Below, in pieces: positions 24,420-36,224 of a DNA stretch of 38,235 bases. Origin of the DNA: Octopus bimaculoides (taxonomy: Eukaryota); NCBI RefSeq assembly GCF_001194135.2, contig NC_068982.1:189561596-189599830 (forward strand). The letters are read 5' to 3'. Each line of letters starts with the position of its first letter. The stretch's first letter is position 1. A program made the position numbers and the translations under genes. Below the pieces are notes generated by a model. That model was not told where the DNA came from and made no database searches. It was given only the letters and a program-made list of their open reading frames with translations.

Positions 24420-24810
24420 GTTGTCGTTCAGCTGCGCGTGGTCACATCTAATTCAAATGACGTCATTTGCGCGCTTGCTGGTGATAGCAACAACAACAAC
24501 AAAAGCAACAACAATGTAACAAATACATAAATAAGCAATCATCAATGTTGTTGTTGTTGCTGCTGTTGTTGATTGGCGAAGGTCATCTGTGCTACGCGAG
24601 TTCTCGTCACAGTGTTGCAACTGTGTCTTGGTTGTTACATCTTAGCTTAATTCGGGTCACCGCATCTTTACTGTGACGTGTACGTTATTGTTGTTGCTGA
24701 TGTTGTTGTAGTTATTGTCACTGTTGTTAGTGTTGGTTTTTTTAACGTTGATGCTGTTGTTGCTGTTGTTAAACTCAGCCTTAATACAGAAAACCTATGA
24801 CCAATCACAT
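24420..24810. promoter_or_regulatory. candidate promoter/enhancer island with a palindromic CRE and CCAAT boxes
   Basis: 16-bp perfect palindrome CAAATGACGTCATTTG (24454-24469) centred on TGACGTCA, ATTGG at 24572-24576, AAGGTCA at 24579-24585, CCAAT at 24801-24805, local CpG enrichment. Motif evidence only. Confidence 0.35.
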
Positions 24811-24947
24811 TCCATCATGGGATCTTTTTAAATTTTAGCCAACCATCAGAATTTCTTTCAAATTTTCTACACTCATATAATTTTGTCTGCTGATGACGAA
24901 AACCTCATACAGTTTCTTTTCTAGAAATCAATAATATAAAGAGCTAC

Positions 24948-25028
24948 ATTCATTCGACTAAAAGTTCTTGAAGGCCGTGCCCCAGCATGGCCAAAGTCTA
25001 ATGACTGAAACAGGTTAAAGATGAAAGT
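24948..25028 (+). mobile_element. SINE family A tail end
   Basis: CATTCATTCGACTAAAAGTTCTTGAAGGCCGTGCCCCAGCATGGCCAAAGTCTAATGACTGAAACAGG. Confidence 0.7.
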
Positions 25029-25134
25029 TAAATGATCTGTTCTCATATTACATTGAGGACTTTTCAGATAATTCGTTCTAAACGTGATAAACGTGGTTTC
25101 GTTCACTGCGCCTACTTTCAGGTTAAGATAAAAG

Positions 25135-25640
25135 TTTCTCAAGGTTTCTCCTCAAATATTTTGCTATTGTTCCCAAGGTCCTAATAATAATCGGCAGTAT
25201 CATGAACTGCCAAATTCTCTACTCCAGCACTTGAACGTTTCATACTCCAAGTGGATGTAATACTCTTTTTCTTTTTCCTTTTTATAAATTCTACTATCAA
25301 AGGGACATGCCGTGTCGATTACAATATACACTTTCCTCTTATCAATGACCACAATATCCGGTCTCTTGTATTCCGTTCTTCTTTTACTTAGTATAGGCAA
25401 GTCCCACAACAACATCACTGTCGTTTTCGAAGGCTTATTACTCGTCTATTCCTACAAAATACTTATAGTTTGTTTTCTTTCGTGAATGCAAAACCAAATT
25501 TCTTGAAAATATTCCAGAATATTGTTGCAGCAGTTTTATCAGGATTTCTCTGTTTCTATTCCTTCTGAGCTAACCGTAAACATTCCGATACAGTGTGAGT
25601 TATGGTCTTATCAAAATCATCGCACACGCGGGATTTTGGT
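25135..25640 (-). mobile_element. degenerate 3' fragment of an RLE-type non-LTR retrotransposon (R4/Dong-like): CCHC knuckle plus restriction-like endonuclease
   Basis: Minus strand gives PKSRVCDDFDKTITHTVSECLRLAQKE*KQRNPDKTAATIFW (CxxC..H....C knuckle), then LLWDLPILSKRRTEYKRPDIVVIDKRKVYIVIDTACPFDSRIYKKEKEK (PD-(D/E)xK RLE motif), then ILPIIIRTLGTIAKYLRRNLEKL after a frameshift. Contains stops and frameshifts. Confidence 0.85.
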
Positions 25641-25705
25641 GGGGGCAGGGGAGCAGTCTTGTTAATCTACCGTTTCCTTAATTCAGTTTACCGTTTAATC
25701 TTCTA

Positions 25706-26128
25706 CCTTTTATCTTTTAATTAGACTGCGGTCATGCTGGGGCATCGCTTTGAGGATGTTTTTAGTCGAATAAATCGACCCCAGTGCATTTTTTTTTTCG
25801 TAAGACTTGTACTTATTTGATCGGTCTCTTTTGCCGAACCCGTAAGTTACGGGGACGTAAACACACCAACACTGGTTGTCAAGTGGTGGTGGAGGACAAA
25901 GACAGACACAATGACGCACATACGCACACACACGCACACACACACATACACACTCATATACACATGTATATATACAACGGGTTTCAGTTTCCTTCTACCA
26001 AATCCTCTCACAAGACTTTGGCGGGCCCAAGTCTATAGTAAAAGACACTTGCCCAAGGTACCATGCGATGGGACTGAACCTGGAACCATGTGGTTGGGAA
26101 GCAGACGTCTTACCACACAGCCTGCGCC
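25706..26128 (-). mobile_element. full-length tRNA-derived SINE, family A (head - internal microsatellite - tail)
   Basis: Minus-strand head GGCGCAGGCTGTGTGGTAAG...CCAACCACATGGTTCCAGGTTCAGTCCC (A/B boxes), body CCTTGGGCAAGTGTC...GGATTTGGTAGAAGGAAACTGAA, (TA/TG)n insert, tail ...ACTGGGGTCGATTTATTCGACT...CCCCAGCATGACCGCAGTC...AAAAGATAAAAG. Multiple homologous copies in the window. Confidence 0.85.
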
Positions 26129-26691
26129 TATGGGACTATTCCTGTACCGCCAAGATCATCTCTTCAGTTCCTTTCTTCAATACCTCTTTCTTTGACTAGA
26201 TGTCCCCTTCAAAGTTTGACCCCCTTTTTTCCCGCTTCTTCTTTTGAGATTCCGCACATTCTATAAACGGACCTTCATTCATTATCAACTTAAGAAGTAT
26301 TTATTGTATTTTGGAAGGGTCGGTACGCCAATAACAGCAACAACACATGCACTGGTTCAATATCACTTCTTTATCGTTAGTCAATTAGTTAAATGTCTAA
26401 ACAACTAAGTAATCGATCGTTTGTTCAATGTGCTGATTAAACAGTCAATCAGTTGTTTGTTAGTCATTAGTGTTTCTTCTTTTTCTGCTAGATAAGAACC
26501 CAGACTTGTCTTTAGTCCTACTACCATCTTGACAATCATCCATCCTATTCCGTCTTCTCTTCTATAATCAGTCGACATCAGATTGAGAATGCATGCTTAT
26601 GTGCATTGTGAGCTGCTTCCGTTTCTCTCTCTCTCTCTCGATGTCCTTTAACTCATTCTTTTCTCCCCACCCATTCACTAATTCCTCTCGA

Positions 26692-27015
26692 GTAGTGTCA
26701 CGTGGTTTAGTAGTTAGGGTGTGCGGCTCACGATCGTAAGTTCATGAGTTCGTTTCCCAGGGGCACGTTGTCTCCCTGAGCAAGACACTTTATTTTACGT
26801 TGCTCCAATTCACTCAGCTGGCAAAAATGAGCTGTACCTGTAATTCAAAAGGGCCCACCTTGGCACATTCTGTGTCACGCTGAATCTTCTTGAAAACTAC
26901 GTTAATGGCACCCGCGACTGTGGAGTACTCAGCCGCTTACACGTTAATTTCCCGAACTGTCTTCTCCGTTGATCAGATCAACTGAAACACACCCCATCGT
27001 AACTGATGGAGAGTC
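26692..27015 (+). mobile_element. tRNA-derived SINE, family C
   Basis: A-box-like TGGTTTAGTAGTTAGG, B-box-like GAGTTCGTTTC, followed by CTGAGCAAGACACTTTA...CACTCAGCTGGCAAAAATGAG, which is typical of SINE central domains. Single copy here. Confidence 0.6.
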
Positions 27016-27257
27016 ACTTAATTCCTGCCCCGGACCTTATTAGGGCCACTACACCCAGGCTGACTACGTGTAGGACGATCTCCATATTTAATTTAGATTT
27101 TAGAATCTTCTTCATTCTAAGAAAAAAAAGAAAGAAAAAAAAGAAGCATTTTTCACTGTTTTCTTCATTTCACTGTTTTTGCTTTTGTCACTTTCCAATA
27201 TTCTCAGATAATTATGTTTCTTTTGCGTTTAATGATTTTTATATTCAACATCATACT

Positions 27258-27263
27258 CATCAT

Positions 27264-27317
<54 letters not shown>

Positions 27318-27393
27318 TGTCGTCGTCATCGTGGACATCGTTATCGTCATTGTCGTCGTCATCATCATCATAATTCTTATTATTATGCTGTTG

Positions 27394-27458
<65 letters not shown>

Positions 27459-27475
27459 TTATTATCGTTATTATT
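27258..27475. repeat. compound (CAT)n/(TAT)n trinucleotide microsatellite
   Basis: Direct inspection; produces spurious poly-His/poly-Ile ORFs. Confidence 0.9.
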
Positions 27476-28433
27476 ATGTATTTCAATTAAGATGAAATGA
27501 AACACAACGAACTACAATTTTTATGGCCATTTGATAGCTAGCAATATCTAAATTCACCGATCAAGAAACAAATTCCTTCGTTAGTTTTTTCGAAGCTGAA
27601 TACAAAATGACACAAATTGTGAAGACAATTAATTCCTCATTAGATAAGAAAGAATTCTTTTGNNNNNNNNNNNNNNNNNNNNNNNNNNNNNNNNNNNNNN
27701 NNNNNNNNNNNNNNNNNNNNNNNNNNNNNNNNNNNNNNNNNNNNNNNNNNNNNNNNNNNNNNNNNNNNNNNNNNNNNNNNNNNNNNNNNNNNNNNNNNNN
27801 NNNNNNNNNNNNNNNNNNNNNNNNNNNNNNNNNNNNNNNNNNNNNNNNNNNNNNNNNNNNNNNNNNNNNNNNNNNNNNNNNNNNNNNNNNNNNNNNNNNN
27901 NNNNNNNNNNNNNNNNNNNNNNNNNNNNNNNNNNNNNNNNNNNNNNNNNNNNNNNNNNNNNNNNNNNNNNNNNNNNNNNNNNNNNNNNNNNNNNNNNNNN
28001 NNNNNNNNNNNNNNNNNNNNNNNNNNNNNNNNNNNNNNNNNNNNNNNNNNNNNNNNNNNNNNNNNNNNNNNNNNNNNNNNNNNNNNNNNNNNNNNNNNNN
28101 NNNNNNNNNNNNNNNNNNNNNNNNNNNNNNNNNNNNNNNNNNNNNNNNNNNNNNNNNNNNNNNNNNNNNNNNNNNNNNNNNNNNNNNNNNNNNNNNNNNN
28201 NNNNNNNNNNNNNNNNNNNNNNNNNNNNNNNNNNNNNNNNNNNNNNNNNNNNNNNNNNNNNNNNNNNNNNNNNNNNNNNNNNNNNNNNNNNNNNNNNNNN
28301 NNNNNNNNNNNNNNNNNNNNNNNNNNNNNNNNNNNNNNNNNNNGTGTGTGTGTGTGTGTGTACGCTTGTGTATCTGCAAGTATATGCGGGTGCGAAGTCA
28401 GCTACAATTCCGGTATCTATCAGAAGCTGTCAA

Positions 28434-28470
<37 letters not shown>

Positions 28471-28674
28471 GCACGCACGCACACACACGAAAACGCATAG
28501 GCTCATGTATACACACACGCCATTTATAAAGCTCATAGACAAATAAACTCGCGTGGGAAAATCATACCTGTACATATATGCACAGATACGTCAATAAACA
28601 CTCACGCACACACATACACATCAACACACACACACACATACACATCAACACACACACACACACACACACATATT

Positions 28675-28879
28675 GGCGTAAATGTGGCTGCGTGGTGAGA
28701 AGTTTGCTTCCCAAGCACATGGTTTCTGCGTTCAGTCGAACTGCTTGGCACCTTGCGCAAGTGTTTTCCACTATAACCTCGAACCGACCAAAGCCTTATG
28801 AATGGGTTTGTCAGACGGAAACTGAAAGAGCCCTGTTGTATGAATGTGTACATATATATCAGTATGTGTGTGTATGTGC

Positions 28880-28911
<32 letters not shown>

Positions 28912-29100
28912 TGTCATCCACCACCATTTGACAACCGGTGTCAGTGTGTTTACGTTCCCATAACTAGCGGTTCGGTAAAAAAAGATCTATAAAATAAGTA
29001 CCAGGCGTTGCAAAATAAGTACGATTCGTTCGACTGAGTATTCTGGAAGGCCGTGCTCCAGCCTGGCCGCAGTCCAATGACTGAAACAACTAAAAGAATG
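28675..29100 (+). mobile_element. full-length SINE family A copy
   Basis: Same head (GGCGTAAATGTGGCTGCGTGGTGAGAAG...), body (CTTGCGCAAGTG...GACGGAAACTGAAAG), TG microsatellite and tail (...CCAGCCTGGCCGCAGTCCAATGACTGAAACAACTAAAAGA) as 25706-26128. Confidence 0.85.
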
Positions 29101-29243
29101 ATATAACGTTTTTTAAAACTTAATTTATTGAAACAATTTCCCATTAAACTGAAGAATTGCTCAACAGTCTTTGGTAGAATGTCTTTGATAAAAGCTTGGC
29201 ACTGACTTCGCTGTTTCGGCTTGCTGCAACACACACACACACA

Positions 29244-29283
<40 letters not shown>

Positions 29284-29865
29284 TTCTCTTTCTCTCTCAC
29301 ATCTACCTACACACATATATGTGTCTATACAAGCACAGCACCCAATTGGCGGCAATCGATTCTTTTTTTTTTTACCTCTTTTAGTCTGGACACAAATTTC
29401 CGACAACTCTTATCCATATTGCTTGCTCTTCCTGGCCTTTACAGCACATCTTGTTGATTCACAAGTAACAACTGGTGAAAACAGAAACGTTCTCCTTACG
29501 CCTAACTATCATAGTAGAAAGATACAAATGTTTGAAACTAATAGCACATGCTACCTCTCGCTGTGAAGAGCAAATTAATAGATAATTCAGTTACCTGGGG
29601 AGAGATAACAGGTCACAGCCTGATAGAGGAAAAGGTAAATATATTTCCTTCATAGTTATGTTTCAAGAGACGGTTCGGTGAAAGCCAAGTGGGTGGTGGG
29701 GGGTTGACAGCCCAGTGGGGCGGCCTTATGGGGAGTCAAAGGTAAGGGGATTAGGGCGTGGTATAAAAGTTTGTTTTAAATATTTGCATTTTCGTGTTAT
29801 ACATAAACGTTTACAGAAATTCATTTACCAATCTAACATGTTTTTATTTATTAAACAAAGATACT

Positions 29866-30085
29866 CGCGGCTGGGTAGTAAGTTTATTTCCCAACCGCAT
29901 AGACCCGGTTTCAGTCCCACTGCATGGAACATTCCGTAAGTGTTTTCTACTACAGCCTCAGATCAATCAAAGCCTTGTGAGTGGATTTGATAGACGGAAA
30001 CTGAAAGAAGCCCATTCTCTCTCTATATATGTCTACTTGTGTATGTCTTTGTGCCTGTGTTTGTCGCCCACCACCGCTGTCTGAA
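29866..30085 (+). mobile_element. SINE family A, 5' portion
   Basis: CCCAACCGCATAGACCCGGTTTCAGTCCCACTGCATGG...AAAGCCTTGTGAGTGGATTTGATAGACGGAAACTGAAAGAAGCCC. Confidence 0.8.
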
Positions 30086-30288
30086 TGACCGAAACAGGTT
30101 TACGCTTTTTGTGCATCGCACAAAGACTAGATAAGTGCCATGAACGAGGTCTCGGCCGTCCTGTTCCTTTGTATATTTTGGTGATTAAGGGTTAAAAATA
30201 CAAGTGGATATGCTTATACATGTGTGTGTGTGCATATATATATATATATATATAATACACACACACACGCACATACACACACACACAC

Positions 30289-30374
<86 letters not shown>

Positions 30375-30480
30375 ATGTATGTATGTATGTATATGTATGT
30401 ATGTATATATATAGATTTTTACATATTCACACACACTGTACAAACATACGTACATTATTGTTTAACAAGTACAATATCGG

Positions 30481-30530
30481 TAGTGACTTCGAAGTTTCGG
30501 CCAGCTAAGCCATCATGGAACTGTGATGTA
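30481..30530 (-). repeat. copy of the dispersed hammerhead-like repeat, ~210 bp upstream of the sim exon, antisense
   Basis: Minus strand ...ACATCACAGT TCCATGA TGGC TTAGCTG GCC GAA ACTTCGAAGT C ACT; homologous to the arms at 9996-10318. Confidence 0.7.
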
Positions 30531-30668
30531 CTGAAGTTAATCTAAGCTGAAACTTCCAAGTCACTGTCAACGATAATCTTGTTTAAGAATAATGAATTTG
30601 TACTCTACAAAATTATAGAGTAACCCATGCGATTAATGAAAAATTGTTTTTGTTATAACTGAACATAA

Positions 30669-30929
<261 letters not shown>

Positions 30930-31071
30930 TAAAAACAATTTACCATTCCGTTTCTACCGTCTTCTCAGTCAATGAATCCATATCAATAATTCTTCTTTCG
31001 AGTCGTCGAAGTCTGCTAGTGTAAGCAGTTTTGCATTTCTTTGCACAGTTTTTTTACGCAATAAACTTCAG

Positions 31072-31355
31072 CAGGGTTCTCAACCATGTTTTGCCTCTGG
31101 AACCCTATTTTTTTTGTTCGGATGGGTCATTATAGCCATTCGTTTTTTGAAAAAAATTCTGTTTTATTTTTATATTTAAATATTATTAGCAACTGTATGA
31201 AAAATTGTTAAAATATTTTGTGTATTGTACAAATATAACCAATTTATTACAGATAAATTTTAACAACAAAATCTGATATGGGTTATAGGGACACCTGTTG
31301 TAGGGACACCGGTTATAGGGGCACCGGTTATAGGGACATCGGTTGAGGAGCATTG
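31072..31355. mobile_element. hAT-like MITE in the intron after the sim bHLH exon, with a subterminal 15-bp tandem repeat
   Basis: Left end CAGGGTTCTCAACC and right end GGTTGAGGAGCATTG resemble CAGNGGTTCTCAACC-type TIRs; AT-rich interior; four copies of GGTTATAGGGACACC at 31281-31340. The 8-bp TSD is not clearly preserved. Confidence 0.6.
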
Positions 31356-32395
31356 TTCTATAGTGTGTTCTGCTTCACTACAGTCACAGATAGCTGGTCC
31401 GGTCTTGTAACTCTTGCTGACCAAACCAACTTTTGATCATCCCGTTCTCGTCCACAGCAGGATGTCTTTCGCTGAATCTATGGTCCTTCTGAATCAGGAA
31501 GGAGTTCTTCATGTCGATTAAAGGAGGATCTTTCTCAAGCTTTTTCATCCAGAACTGGAGTTTTACGTTAAGTACTCGAAGAAGATTCTTCTTGACTTAA
31601 CTCGTTGGGTCGGAAGTTGACTTCACTAAAATAGGCGACATTTATCACTTGTAGCCTTTGACTTTTCGACTTGACTTCTCATTTCCTGTCTGATATTAAC
31701 AGGACAAATTCCAATACCCTTACAAAAAATAATGCAACTGTCCCAGTATTTCCTCATCGGCCATCTTGTAACGATTTAAAAAAAGTCTAGACAAATTACC
31801 TGGTTTACTAAACTTTCGTTATTTTAAATCTTTTGAAACGTTTTGCTACCATATTCCTATCGAAACACGCTGTATTTGTCTCAGTTCATTTTGAAATCGA
31901 CGTTTGGAATATATATATTAACTTAAATTTTTTAAAACATGAAATTTGTATCAGAGAACCCGGGGCAGTCTGGAGGGAGTTGAAGGAGAACAATTATATA
32001 CACGCAAATTCTATTTTGTTCCCTATTTAATTAAATCGGGGAAGGAGAAGAAAAATGTCGCTTACGCATTTTTGTTGTGATAAAAGTTCTACTAACCAAG
32101 GATGGAACATCTCTGATTTTGAAATCTAGAGGAATCTATTTAGTTCATTTGACATTAATACACGTGTGTTCCTGAATATGTATGTGTGCGTATGTGTATG
32201 TGTGCTTGAATGCGTCTGTGTGTCTGTCTGTGTATGTTTAATGCACCTATTTATTCAAAAAACCAAAGTTTGCCATAAACATAACTTGTGTATAAACGAT
32301 TAATTTCGCTTTCATCAGAGAATGCCAACGGGCAATAAATGCTGCCTGGTCTAAAAGTATTACCAAATTGTTCAGTGCCATTCCCTGCATATCTG

Positions 32396-32445
<50 letters not shown>

Positions 32446-32530
32446 CAAATAAATAGATATGTATATATATGTATATTTACAAATATATTTCTATATATAT
32501 ACATACATTATATATATATATATATAAATA

Positions 32531-32900
32531 NNNNNNNNNNNNNNNNNNNNNNNNNNNNNNNNNNNNNNNNNNNNNNNNNNNNNNNNNNNNNNNNNNNNNN
32601 NNNNNNNNNNNNNNNNNNNNNNNNNNNNNNNNNNNNNNNNNNNNNNNNNNNNNNNNNNNNNNNNNNNNNNNNNNNNNNNNNNNNNNNNNNNNNNNNNNNN
32701 NNNNNNNNNNNNNNNNNNNNNNNNNNNNNNNNNNNNNNNNNNNNNNNNNNNNNNNNNNNNNNNNNNNNNNNNNNNNNNNNNNNNNNNNNNNNNNNNNNNN
32801 NNNNNNNNNNNNNNNNNNNNNNNNNNNNNNNNNNNNNNNNNNNNNNNNNNNNNNNNNNNNNNNNNNNNNNNNNNNNNNNNNNNNNNNNNNNNNNNNNNNN

Positions 32901-32945
<45 letters not shown>

Positions 32946-33153
32946 TACGTATAGATATACATACATACGTATACACACACACGTAATCACGCACACACAC
33001 ACATATACACACATTTGTGTATGTCTGTATGTATACATCAATACAACACAGTGCTTCCCATTTACACTCTCGTCCCAAGCCAAAACACACAGGTGTCCTC
33101 TTGTCAAGAGACAATCACCTTTCAACTTTAGCGACAACAATGCCTCTACCACC

Positions 33154-33200
<47 letters not shown>

Positions 33201-33913
33201 AAAAGCTATACTGATTCTACTATCGCCAGAACGACTATCAATATCATCACCATTGTCATCAACAGCAAACACTACTACGACCAACGCAACCGTCTCCGCA
33301 ACCACCACCACCACCACCACCACCACCACCACCANNNNNNNNNNNNNNNNNNNNNNNNNNNNNNNNNNNNNNNNNNNNNNNNNNNNNNNNNNNNNNNNNN
33401 NNNNNNNNNNNNNNNNNNNNNNNNNNNNNNNNNNNNNNNNNNNNNNNNNNNNNNNNNNNNNNNNNNNNNNNNNNNNNNNNNNNNNNNNNNNNNNNNNNNN
33501 NNNNNNNNNNNNNNNNNNNNNNNNNNNNNNNNNNNNNNNNNNNNNNNNNNNNNNNNNNNNNNNNNNNNNNNNNNNNNNNNNNNNNNNNNNNNNNNNNNNN
33601 NNNNNNNNNNNNNNNNNNNNNNNNNNNNNNNNNNNNNNNNNNNNNNNNNNNNNNNNNNNNNNNNNNNNNNNNNNNNNNNNNNNNNNNNNNNNNNNNNNNN
33701 NNNNNNNNNNNNNNNNNNNNNNNNNNNNNNNNNNNNNNNNNNNNNNNNNNNNNNNNNNNNNNNNNNNNNNNNNNNNNNNNNNNNNNNNNNNNNNNNNNNN
33801 NNNNNNNNNNNNNNNNNNNNNNNNNNNNNNNNNNNNNNNNNNNNNNNNNNNNNNNNNNNNNNNNNNNNNNNNNNNNNNNNNNNNNNNNNNNNNNNNNNNN
33901 NNNNNNNNNNNNN
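32531..33913. other. two assembly gaps inside the sim intron (about 32531-32900 and 33335-33913)
   Basis: N runs flanked by microsatellites. Other gaps are at about 564-877, 1680-2388, 3356-4052, 6119-6128, 7088-7100, 8536-9136, 18803-18812, 20721-21565 and 27663-28343. Confidence 0.95.
33145..33334. repeat. (ACC)n/(AAC)n trinucleotide repeats running into an assembly gap
   Basis: Direct inspection. Confidence 0.85.
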
Positions 33914-34131
33914 TATATATATATATATAAGTGAGTGTGTATGTGTGTGTACATGTGTATGTGTGTGTGTGTATGTGTGTGTGTGATGTTTTCCAAACAA
34001 CTTACACATGCAAGTGCTACAAGTCGAAACCTCCGCATACCGGAAGCCAGCAAGTGTGGGGGGTCATCAGGAGAAAATGCGCGCCGTTTCGGGGCCAATC
34101 TTTCGACGGCATCATTGCACACCCTCACTGA

Positions 34132-34175
<44 letters not shown>

Positions 34176-34201
34176 CACTAGCTCTTTCTTCTGTCTGTCT
34201 G

Positions 34202-34267
<66 letters not shown>

Positions 34268-34638
34268 AAACTGATAATATGGTTGATTGATGTATTTGAT
34301 TAACATATCTGTTTATCTAAAACATTTCGTAACCCTACATCCATCAATCCACCCCCACATATTCCTCTCTCACCACTTCTCCCTCCCTCCTTCCCCACAA
34401 ATAACTACCTGTATTTATCTCTCTCCCTCTCTCTTCCCCTCCCTATGTCTCTCTCTCCTCACTGCTCTCTTTTCCTATTCTTTTTCTCTCTGTTATTGAT
34501 TCAATCTTATCTCGCCATCAATTTATCTCTCTCCTAACTTTACATATTGTCTTCTGGACACTTATCTTTCATCACTATTATCACTTAACATCTTTTCCAT
34601 CCTTAGTTATAACTCTTTGCCTCTATTTTTTTCTTTCA

Positions 34639-34687
<49 letters not shown>

Positions 34688-34887
34688 GCACGCACACACC
34701 TATCTCTCTATCTCAAAATAATAACTTTTTTCTTCCCGTTTTTCTTCGTCTTAATTTTCTTCATGTCGGTTTTTCTTTCATGTTATATATTTTCCTTTCA
34801 TCTGCCTCATTATTTTATCTACCATCCATACATTTAGTATGCTTGCCTGTCGAGCGGAATGGCGCTCTACGAGTGCTTTATTATAGT

Positions 34888-35070
34888 TTACAGCGCGCCG
34901 GACAAGATGCTCTGCGGCGTTTCGTCCGTCTTTACGTTCTGAGTTCAAATGATTCTGCCATTCATACTTTCGGGTCAACAAAATAAGTACCAGTTACGCA
35001 CTGAGGGTCGATGTAATTGGCTAGCCCCTCCCCAACAATTTCAGGCCTTGTGCCTATTGTAGGAAAGATT
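34888..35070 (+). mobile_element. SINE family B copy
   Basis: CGTCCGTCTTTACGTTCTGAGTTCAAAT...AAATAAGTACCAGTTACGCACTGAGGGTCGATGTAAT...TTTCAGGCCTTGTGCCTATTGTAGG followed by (ATT)n. Confidence 0.8.
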
Positions 35071-35104
35071 ATTATTATTATCATTGTTATTATTGTTGTT
35101 GTTG

Positions 35105-35700
35105 TTGTTCAGTGAGAGAGCAGTGCATGCCATCAAAGTGACACTGGGGTAAAATATACGAAGCCCAGTATACCCATCATGACTACCAGTCTGATAAGGG
35201 TACATGCCCAATATACCCATCATGACTACCCGTCTGATAAGGGTACACCAAGCACATGCATCACAACCATATGTGCGCGACATGCTGATCTCATATCAAG
35301 ATAAACAGCACTTGACCTCGCAGGTGGGGCCCAGTTAGAATTTTCTTCAGGTCGAGCAGCCCATCCCGCTCAAAAGGTCCCTGAATAAGGTTCGTTTAAG
35401 GATGTTGAGCAAAACACCCAAGTTTCCAAAGGTGAATTATTCAAACCCCAAAGAATTTCTCTCAACACATGGCTATGATGCTCCCCCACTACTTCTGCTC
35501 GTGATTAGAGATGCACATATCGTCAACCACCAAGGGACATGCTCAACTAGTTACGGTCAAACAACTGACAAGCAAATCTGTGGTATTAAGCGGAATATTT
35601 GCTGTAGTCCATCTTTTATACCAAGACAAAACAATGTACCTACATGATAACACTTCCAGTCAGTTAAGATCAGAAGCCATGAGAGCCACTGCCTGGGCAT
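35105..35700. repeat. unclassified ~600-bp interspersed repeat candidate with an internal 43-bp tandem duplication
   Basis: Balanced-composition non-coding block between microsatellite tails; direct duplication 35163-35205 / 35206-35248 (40/43 identical). The interspersed-repeat status is recalled pattern, not shown by a second copy in the window. Confidence 0.4.
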
Positions 35701-35795
35701 TTATTATCATTTGGTAAAAACCCTCAGCTTATTTTGATGGGTATGATGGAAAATGTCAGCTGTCCACAGCCTGCAAACTAAGTTCACACTTGTTG

Positions 35796-35845
35796 ACTGT
35801 GACTTGCAAGTGTCGGCTAGACAAGCCATCGTCGGACTGCGATGT
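35796..35845 (-). repeat. copy of the dispersed hammerhead-like repeat
   Basis: Minus strand ACATCGCAGT CCGACGA TGGC TTGTCTA GCC GAC ACTTGCAAGT C ACAGT; homologous to the 30481-30530 and 9996-10318 copies. Confidence 0.65.
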
Positions 35846-36162
35846 GTGTGTGTGTGTGTGTGTACGCGAGCGTATGTGTAGGGATGTATGCGTATATATA
35901 TATATCGTTGCTATTATGCAAAAGTGTCGTAAGTCCAAAACGTTGTTTTTTCAGAAAACGAAAAGATAGTTTTACCATTCCATAGCAAAACCATTGTACT
36001 ACACTTTGACAATTTTTGATATCTTGGCATCTGAAGCAGCTGGAGATACGATAGTTTGATCAATAGAACCAGCTATTGGAAGCAAAAATAAATATTGAAA
36101 AACAGAACAAAAAAAACGCATTTGGCCAAATTTGGACATACAGCAGTTTAACATTATAGGAA

Positions 36163-36224
<62 letters not shown>

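Noticed and set aside
31380-31560. Minus-strand open stretch KLQFWMKKLEKDPPLIDMKNSF...
   Set aside because: Possibly an old transposon coding relic, but I cannot assign it to any family or to host exons.
33017-33334. Pro/Thr/Asn-rich ORFs that could suggest a mucin-like or low-complexity exon
   Set aside because: Built from ACC/AAC repeats; no convincing splice sites or domain.
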